This document shows, one piece after another, positions 58,253-64,000 of a stretch of DNA of 64,000 bases. The position numbers and the translations under genes were made by a program. The notes below the pieces were generated by a model. The model saw nothing but the letters and a program-made list of their open reading frames with translations, made no database searches and was not told the DNA's origin. The DNA is from an uncultured bacterium (GTDB taxonomy: Bacteria; Electryoneota; RPQS01): NCBI GenBank assembly GCA_963735175.1, contig CAVTJX010000018.1, positions 132,872 to 196,871 on the forward strand. Reading direction: 5' to 3'. Numbering within the stretch: position 1 is the first letter of the stretch; every line of letters starts with the position of its first letter.

Positions 58253-58291
58253 AGAAGGATCCGGAGTGTCTCCGGATCCTTCTTATTTGTT
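58253..58291. terminator. Bidirectional rho-independent terminator between convergent DUF4835 and lexA
   Basis: 15-bp perfect stem AAGAAGGATCCGGAG-tgt-CTCCGGATCCTTCTT flanked by A/T-rich sequence on both sides. Confidence 0.55.
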
Positions 58292-58314
58292 CCGAGTTCG
58301 TGAAGACCCGGTAC

Positions 58315-58947
58315 TTACAGCTTGCGCATCAATCCAATCACCCGCCCCAGAATGCGAAAGCCCGGGGTGCCTTTCTCCACGATAATCGGCGAGTAATAAC
58401 GGTTTGCCGGCTCCAGGCAGACCCTGTCTGCCTGTGGCTTGAAGTACTTCACCGTTGCTTCATCGCCCAGCAGTGCCACCACGATATCGCCATTGTCTGC
58501 CGTGCTCTGGGGTTTGGCAAAAATGACGTCGCCTTCGAGAATACCCGCTTCCTTCATCGAATCGCCGCGGACCCGCAGCGCAAAGGTTTCATCGGAGGTG
58601 GCCAGGGTCCGGTCAACGCGGATGTGGGCCTCGATGTTCTCCGACGCCAGCAGCGGAATACCCGCAGCCACCCGGCCCAGGATCGGCACGTCGCGCATAA
58701 TCTCTTCGTTCGACGTTCCGCCGACCGCTGTTCGCGCAGTGAGTTCAATCCCGCGCGAAAGCATCGGACTTCGCTGTAAGAATCCCTTACGCTCTAAAGT
58801 ATCCAGCAGGTACCGCACCCCGTTTGTCGATGAGATTCCGATTTCGCCGCCAATTTCCCGCAGTGTGGGAGGGCGGCCGCGTTCCCGGATCTCCGACTGA
58901 ATGAAGGCCAGGGCTTTCTTCTGCTTCTCGGTAAGCTGTTCCGTCAT
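58315..58947 (-). CDS. lexA: LexA repressor (S24 peptidase)
   Basis: Winged-helix N-terminal domain, Ala-Gly cleavage site (VAAGIP), and catalytic Ser/Lys (GDSM ... K). The start is at the internal MTEQLTEKQ, not the tracked upstream Met. Confidence 0.85.
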   Translation of the reverse strand: MTEQLTEKQKKALAFIQSEIRERGRPPTLREIGGEIGISSTNGVRYLLDTLERKGFLQRSPMLSRGIELTARTAVGGTSNEEIMRDVPILGRVAAGIPLLASENIEAHIRVDRTLATSDETFALRVRGDSMKEAGILEGDVIFAKPQSTADNGDIVVALLGDEATVKYFKPQADRVCLEPANRYYSPIIVEKGTPGFRILGRVIGLMRKL

Positions 58948-58989
58948 CTTGTGTCCTTTCTCCTTGCACGCCTGTACAAAAAATATAAA

Positions 58990-59001
58990 GAACACTTGTT
59001 C
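58990..59001. promoter_or_regulatory. LexA operator of the Cheo-box type (GAAC-N4-GTTC) in the lexA promoter
   Basis: GAACACTTGTTC lies 43 nt upstream of the lexA start codon within an AT-rich promoter region. Confidence 0.5.
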
Positions 59002-59109
59002 AAAAGTCAAGTGATTTTTAAATTTTTCTGAGGAATATTTCGCATTATCTAACTAAGTTTATATTTATCAAGCTGTACATAACGCACTTTCGATCCCATA
59101 AAACAAGGA

Positions 59110-59127
59110 GCAGGTCTATTGACCTGC
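59110..59127 (-). terminator. Hairpin terminator downstream of dtd
   Basis: Perfect 7-bp inverted repeat GCAGGTC-tatt-GACCTGC with T-rich flanks on both strands. Confidence 0.4.
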
Positions 59128-59156
59128 CCTTTATTTTAAGAATTTGTCCTCGCGGG

Positions 59157-59609
59157 CTATCGCTCCAGCAGAATCGTCACCGGGCCTTCATTGACCAGAG
59201 TCACGGCCATCTTCGCTGCAAACACTCCCGTTGCTGTACGCACTCCCAGCGTACGCAAGGTGTCCACAAACTGCTCGTACAGCGGCTCGGCCATTTCAGG
59301 TGGCGCAGCGTTGATGAAACTCGGTCGCCGTCCTTTCTGAACGTCGGCCAGCAGCGTGAATTGACTGACCACGAGCGCCTCGCCGTGAACGTCAAAGAGG
59401 CTGCGATTCATCTTCCGCTCAGCATCTTCGAAGATCCGCAGTTCGGCCGCCTTGCGTGCCCCCCACTCCATTTCGGCGATCGTATCCTTGCTTTCCACTC
59501 CAAGGAGAATCACCAGTCCGCGCCCTATCTGGCTCACGGTCACGCCGTCAATCGCCACGGAAGCCCCGGACACGCGCTGCAACACGGCTTTCAATGGACC
59601 GGTTCCCAG
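59157..59609 (-). CDS. dtd: D-aminoacyl-tRNA deacylase
   Basis: C-terminal 150 aa of ORF 59157..60047: [12 protein letters not shown]...[17 protein letters not shown]...NEGPVT. A TTG start is proposed. The upstream beta-propeller gene continues in the same frame with no stop, so the boundary is uncertain. Confidence 0.7.
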   Translation of the reverse strand: MGTGPLKAVLQRVSGASVAIDGVTVSQIGRGLVILLGVESKDTIAEMEWGARKAAELRIFEDAERKMNRSLFDVHGEALVVSQFTLLADVQKGRRPSFINAAPPEMAEPLYEQFVDTLRTLGVRTATGVFAAKMAVTLVNEGPVTILLER

Positions 59610-60590
59610 AAGACCATCTCGCGCGCAGATGCCGAAACGTCCAGCGTATCGAGCCGCCTCCGGACCGGACACGCCGAACGGTATTCGCAGCACATGATTG
59701 GCGCCCGTCAACAGCACGAAACACACATGCGTGTCACGCAGCCAGTGGACCGACATGGGCGTCATGCCGACCGGTACTGTCCATTGGGCGAGTGTGACGA
59801 GATTCCACACGTGGAGTTCACCCGCCGAACTATCCGCCGCCGCCAGCAAGTCGCCGTCGCTGCTCACCGCCAGTTCGAAGGGTCCTTGTCCCGCTTGCAG
59901 AAAATCGGTCTGTTCAAGCGAATTGGAATTGCAGACCAGCACTCTCCCCGGTTCGCCGCAAAGCCCCACAGTACGCTCGCTCGCCATCCGGCGAGAATTC
60001 CACATCCGAAGGTCGCGCTGTAAAATGCAGCGAATCCCGCACGACAAAGTCCCCGAGATTCACCACATACAGCGCCGCTGTGCCCTCACAGACCACCCAC
60101 GCCTGCGTCGCGTGCGGCGGCCGGATCGCCATTCGCCTTGGGAAAAGCAGCACCTCCAGCGTGTCGAAATCATGGGCCGGTGGCGCTGTATATCGCCAAA
60201 AATTCCCGTTGCGCGTGATGGCGTAGACGACTTGCGCCTGCAGGCTCCATTCCCACATCCATAGGCGCTCCGCCGAGGGCGGCCGAAGTGACTTCTTCCA
60301 GCTCCGGCAGCGACAATACGGTGAGCCGGTTACCCACCCCGTTGGCGATGACCATTCGGTTCCCACCCGGAGTGATCGCTGCGGAAACCACCGCGCCATC
60401 GAGGGTGTCCAGACCGACCCGGCGAAACGAGACCGGATCGATGAACGAGACGATTCCCGAGGGTACGCTGAACACCAGTACCAGCGGCGGCGTCAGGAGA
60501 TCGGTAGTAATTAACTTGCCCTTCTCGCGGCAAGACATCAGGATCGCGCAAAGCACGATGAGCGCAACCAGGCGCCCGGAAAAACCCGTC
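59600..60590 (-). CDS. YVTN/beta-propeller repeat protein (lactonase-like), broken across three frames
   Basis: ORFs 60170..60556, 59914..60399 and the N-terminal half of 59157..60047 overlap in different frames. They carry repeated beta-propeller blade-like segments and an N-terminal signal/TM segment. Confidence 0.4.
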
Positions 60591-60599
60591 AGGCGCCGG

Positions 60600-61803
60600 C
60601 TATTTTTCCATGTTAAGTAGATGGCCGAGTTTATCCCGTTTGGTGAGCAGGTAGTGCCGGTTCAATTCTGTGGGTGGGATCTCAATCGGCACCCGTTCCA
60701 CGACCCGGATGCCGTACGCTTCCAGCTCCTCCACCTTGCGCGGATTGTTGGTCATCAGCCGTACCTCATCCGCGCCCAGATATTTCAAGATCTGCGCGCT
60801 GGAACTGTAGCCGCGCAAGTCCGCGCGAAAACCCAGCCGCAGATTCGCTTCCACTGTGTCGAGTCCCTCGTCCTGCAGCTTGTACGCCTGCAGCTTAGCC
60901 CCAAGGCCAATTCCCCGCCCCTCCTGCCGCAAATAGACCAGGATGCCCGCGCCTTCACGCTCGATCCGCTTGAGCGCCGTTTCGAGTTGCCACCCGCAGT
61001 CGCAGCGCGCGCTGCCCAGCACATCCCCCGTCAAGCACTCCGAATGGACCCTCACCAGCGCGGGCCGTGCCGCCGGAATCGGCCCTTTCACCAGCGCCAG
61101 ATGATCCTTCTTCTGGTAAATATCTTCGAAATGATGCAGCACGAATTCGCCGTAGCGCGTCGGAAATTTTACGCGCACGCGTTCCTCAACGTAGCGCTCA
61201 TGACGCGCGCGGTAGCGGACCAAATCTTCCACCGAAATCATCTTCAGTCCCCAGCGATCCGCGAACTTGCGCAGATTAGGACGGCGCATCATCGTCCCGT
61301 CGGGACTCATGATCTTCACACAGGACTCCCGAAGGAAATAATCCTGCAAGCCGCGCCAGGTCTACGGATGCTTCGGTCTGTCCGATGCGGTCAAATACGC
61401 CGCCCGGACGGGCGCGCAGCGGCTGAATATGTCCGGGCCGCGCGAAGTCCTCCGGCCGCGTCGCCGGATCGGCCACGGCCAGCAGCGTCTTCGCCCGGTC
61501 CGCCGCCGAAATCCCGGTTGTCGTACCGTGCAGGTAGTCGATGGTCACGGTGAATGCCGTGCCTTTAACCGCCGTGTTGCGCGTCACCATCGGCATCAGA
61601 TTAAGTTCGTCCGCCCGCTCGTCGGACATGCAGACGCAGATCATTCCGCGCCCGTGGGTGACCATGAAATTCACCGACTCCGGCGTGATCTTCTCCGTGG
61701 CCTGAATGAGATCGCCTTCGTTCTCGCGATCCTCGTCATCGACCACGACTACAAACTTGCCCTCGGCAAAATCCACGAGAGCGTCGGAAATACGATCGAG
61801 CAT
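60600..61803 (-). CDS. ribBA: Bifunctional 3,4-dihydroxy-2-butanone-4-phosphate synthase / GTP cyclohydrolase II, frame-disrupted near 61310
   Basis: The RibB half (61276..61803) ends ...SGVLCE. The RibA half (60600..61349) continues [14 protein letters not shown]... in another frame. GTP cyclohydrolase II motifs include HSECLTGD. Confidence 0.85.
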
Positions 61804-61821
61804 GATTTCTATGTCCGTCTC

Positions 61822-62467
61822 TTATGCCGTAGGAGCCTGTTCCAGCTTGCCGCGGCCCAGCGCGCCCATGCTGTGCCACATGTCGGGGAGCAGTTTTTCG
61901 ATATACTTGCCGATCAGATCGACCTCCAGATTCACCCGCACGCCGGGCCGGAATTCGTGAAAGTTCGTCACTTCCCACGTGTGCGGAATCACTCCCAGCG
62001 TCAATCGATCCGCCTGAATGTCGGCCACCGTCATCGAGACGCCGTTGGTCGATACGGATCCCGTGGCAACCACGTATTTCACCAGCTCGGGCGGCAGCGT
62101 GATTTCCACCAGGTGGCTCGAATCCAAGCGTCGTGACCTTGCTGATCGTGCCCACGCCGTCGACATGCCCCTGCACCATGTGGCCGCCCAGTTCGTCTCC
62201 CAGCTTCATCGGCCGTTCCAGATTGACGCAGCTCCCGACGGCCAGATCGCCGAGGTTGGTCTTCTGCAGCGTGACTTCCATCAATTCCGTGGAAAACGCG
62301 TGCCCGTCGGTGGCGACCACGGTGGTGCAGCAGCCGCTGACGGCCACACTGCTCCCGATTTTCAGGTTGCCGCCCAGCACGCGCGCGTCGATTTTTAACA
62401 GGCGGCCGCCGGGCCGCTCTTCAATGGCAAGCACCGTCCCGGTGCCTTCAACGATCCCTGTGAACAT
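61822..62467 (-). CDS. ribE: Riboflavin synthase alpha chain, frame-disrupted near 62150
   Basis: The N-terminus MFTGIVEGTG...ERPMKLGDELGGHMVQGHVDGVG lies in one frame. The second lumazine-binding repeat (ELVKYVVATGSVSTNGVSMTV...VIPHTWEVTN) is in ORF 61822..62166. Confidence 0.8.
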
Positions 62468-63602
62468 GCGGATCCAACTCCAACCAGATGTCTTCGCCGA
62501 TACGACGGCTGCGGCGAAGCGTGAAGTGCGGCACCTGGGCGAGCTCGGTCGCCCCGAGGTCCCAGATCGCCGGCCGTCCGTCGGCGCCTATGATTTTCGT
62601 GGCAATCGCCACGATGAACTTGTCGTATAATCCCGCGCGGATGAACGATGCGTGCAGCGTTCCCCCGCCTTCCACAAACAGCGACGTGATGCCGCGGGAT
62701 GCCAGCAGCCGCATCGCTTCCGCCAGATCGATCTTCCCGTCCGCTCCCGCCGCGCACGTCAACACCGTCGCGCCCGTGTCCTCGATCGCCGCGCCGCCTG
62801 TCAGCCGGCGCCGTCGGCCGTGCGTGATGATCCACGTCCGCATCCGGTCCGCGCCGTGCAGAATCTTCGACTGCACAGGCACGTGCAAATGCGAATCGAC
62901 TACGATCCGCAGCGGGTCGCGGCCCTTGATGTGCCGCACCGTCAATTCCGGATCGTCCTCCATCACCGTCACCGAACCCACCATCACCGCGTCCAGCTTC
63001 GCCCGCAGCCGGTGGACTTCCTTGCGCGCCGGCTCGCCCGTGATCCAGCGCGATTGCCCATTAGCCAGCGCGATCCGTCCGTCCAGCGATTGCGCGATCT
63101 TTAACAGGATCCACGGCCGGCCCTGCGTGATGTACGTCAGGAAGGGCGCGTTGAGTTCGCGCGCCTCGGCTTCCAGCACGCCGGATTCCACGGCGATCCC
63201 CGCCCCGCGCAATTCGGCGATGCCGCGGCCCGCCACCAGCGGATTGGGATCCACATGCCCAACCACGACGCGCGCCACGCCCGCGCGAATCAGCGCCTCG
63301 GTGCAGGGCGGCGTCTTGCCCATATGGCAGCAGGGTTCGAGATTGACGAATACCGTCGCTCCCCGCGTCTGCTCCGGAGAGAGCTTTTCGAGCAGCGCGA
63401 TCTCAGCGTGCGAATCGCCAAAGCGGCGGTGATGCGCCTTGCCCAGCAACTCGCCCCGCTTCACCGCCACCGCGCCCACCAGCGGATTGGGACTGGTGAA
63501 TCCCGTGCCCTTCACCGCTTCCCGCAGCGCAAGCCGCATGAAACGCTCGTCCTCCATCACCACGGACGGAACCGGAACCGCGACGTCAGGCGTAGCGTTC
63601 AC
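62448..63602 (-). CDS. ribD: Bifunctional diaminohydroxyphosphoribosylaminopyrimidine deaminase / 5-amino-6-(5-phosphoribosylamino)uracil reductase
   Basis: 384 aa with the CMP/dCMP deaminase zinc motifs HAEIALL and PCCHMGKTPPC, plus a C-terminal reductase domain. Confidence 0.9.
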   Translation of the reverse strand: MNATPDVAVPVPSVVMEDERFMRLALREAVKGTGFTSPNPLVGAVAVKRGELLGKAHHRRFGDSHAEIALLEKLSPEQTRGATVFVNLEPCCHMGKTPPCTEALIRAGVARVVVGHVDPNPLVAGRGIAELRGAGIAVESGVLEAEARELNAPFLTYITQGRPWILLKIAQSLDGRIALANGQSRWITGEPARKEVHRLRAKLDAVMVGSVTVMEDDPELTVRHIKGRDPLRIVVDSHLHVPVQSKILHGADRMRTWIITHGRRRRLTGGAAIEDTGATVLTCAAGADGKIDLAEAMRLLASRGITSLFVEGGGTLHASFIRAGLYDKFIVAIATKIIGADGRPAIWDLGATELAQVPHFTLRRSRRIGEDIWLELDPHVHRDR

Positions 63603-64000
63603 ACCGCCCTCGTGCGCGCTTTCAGCGCCGCGTCCACCAGCCGCTTCATCAGGGCCACCGGTTCCACGCCGCGCGCCCGCGCCGCCTTCGGCACCAGCGA
63701 ATTCGCCGTCATGCCCGGCAGCGTGTTCAGTTCCAGACAGACGAAGTCCCCGTTATCCGCCACCAGAAAGTCCACCCGCGCAAAACCCGCGCAGCCCAGG
63801 GCGGCAAAGACCGTCTCCGCCGCGCGCTGCAGTTTCGTAGCCGTCGCCTCCGGCAGCGGCGCCGGGCAAAGATACTCCGTGCGGCCCGAGGTGTACTTGT
63901 TGGTGTAGTCGTAAAAGCCCTCTTTGGGCCGGATCTCGATCACCGGAAAGGCTTCGCCCTCGACAATCGTCACGGTGGTTTCGCGCCCCACGAACAGCGC
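63599..64000 (-). CDS. ddl: D-alanine--D-alanine ligase, C-terminal part (gene continues past the window end)
   Basis: ATP-grasp C-terminal motifs (FYDYTNKY, ARVDFLV, ELNTLPGMT). The ORF is open to the window edge. Confidence 0.8.
   Translation of the reverse strand, partial: ALFVGRETTVTIVEGEAFPVIEIRPKEGFYDYTNKYTSGRTEYLCPAPLPEATATKLQRAAETVFAALGCAGFARVDFLVADNGDFVCLELNTLPGMTANSLVPKAARARGVEPVALMKRLVDAALKARTRAV

Overview
This is a high-GC bacterial chromosomal segment, roughly mid-60s % GC by eye, and almost fully coding. Nearly all genes lie on the minus strand, except two plus-strand blocks at about 36.8-39.6 kb and 57.3-58.2 kb. I place it tentatively in the Bacteroidota/Rhodothermota-like group. 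The grounds are a complete Bat aerotolerance operon, FadL/PorV-like outer-membrane proteins, DUF4835 and DUF2723 proteins, tight ATGA/GTGA start-stop overlaps, and a Gram-positive-type LexA box.

Content in order:
- lepA-lepB, a double-PspC membrane protein, greA and an amidase.
- An accC-accB-mcm-birA-coaX cluster; the mcm gene encodes the catalytic subunit only.
- A helicase fused to an exonuclease (MrfA/MrfB-like), an epimerase, a thioesterase and accA.
- A glycosyltransferase block of two GT2 genes, a Dpm1-like synthase and a DUF2723+TPR protein, with purE and an outer-membrane protein embedded.
- The moxR-DUF58-batA-batB-batC-batD-batE operon.
- An orphan PAS/GAF histidine kinase, a HIT protein, tRNA-Asn(GTT), and a low-GC spacer holding a degraded outer-membrane protein gene.
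- SIMPL, alanine aminotransferase and DUF4920 genes on the plus strand.
- nuoJKLMN preceded by nrdR, then glyA, two FadL/PorV-like outer-membrane proteins and a lipoprotein.
- rho, murI, an AMIN-amidase, a GT2, an HhH protein, DUF4835, lexA with its operator, dtd, the rib operon (ribD-ribE-ribBA) and a ddl fragment.

Data quality is the dominant caveat. More than 25 conserved genes are interrupted by frame changes (purE, glyA, nuoL, nuoJ, ribBA, ribE, accB, alaAT, moxR, DUF58 and others). In each case I traced, a single extra nucleotide is responsible. I read this as sequence error rather than mass pseudogenisation, so every apparent fusion or pseudogene here needs checking. One such apparent fusion, BCCP-methylmalonyl-CoA mutase, is shown below to be an artefact.

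I saw no CRISPR array, transposase or integrase.
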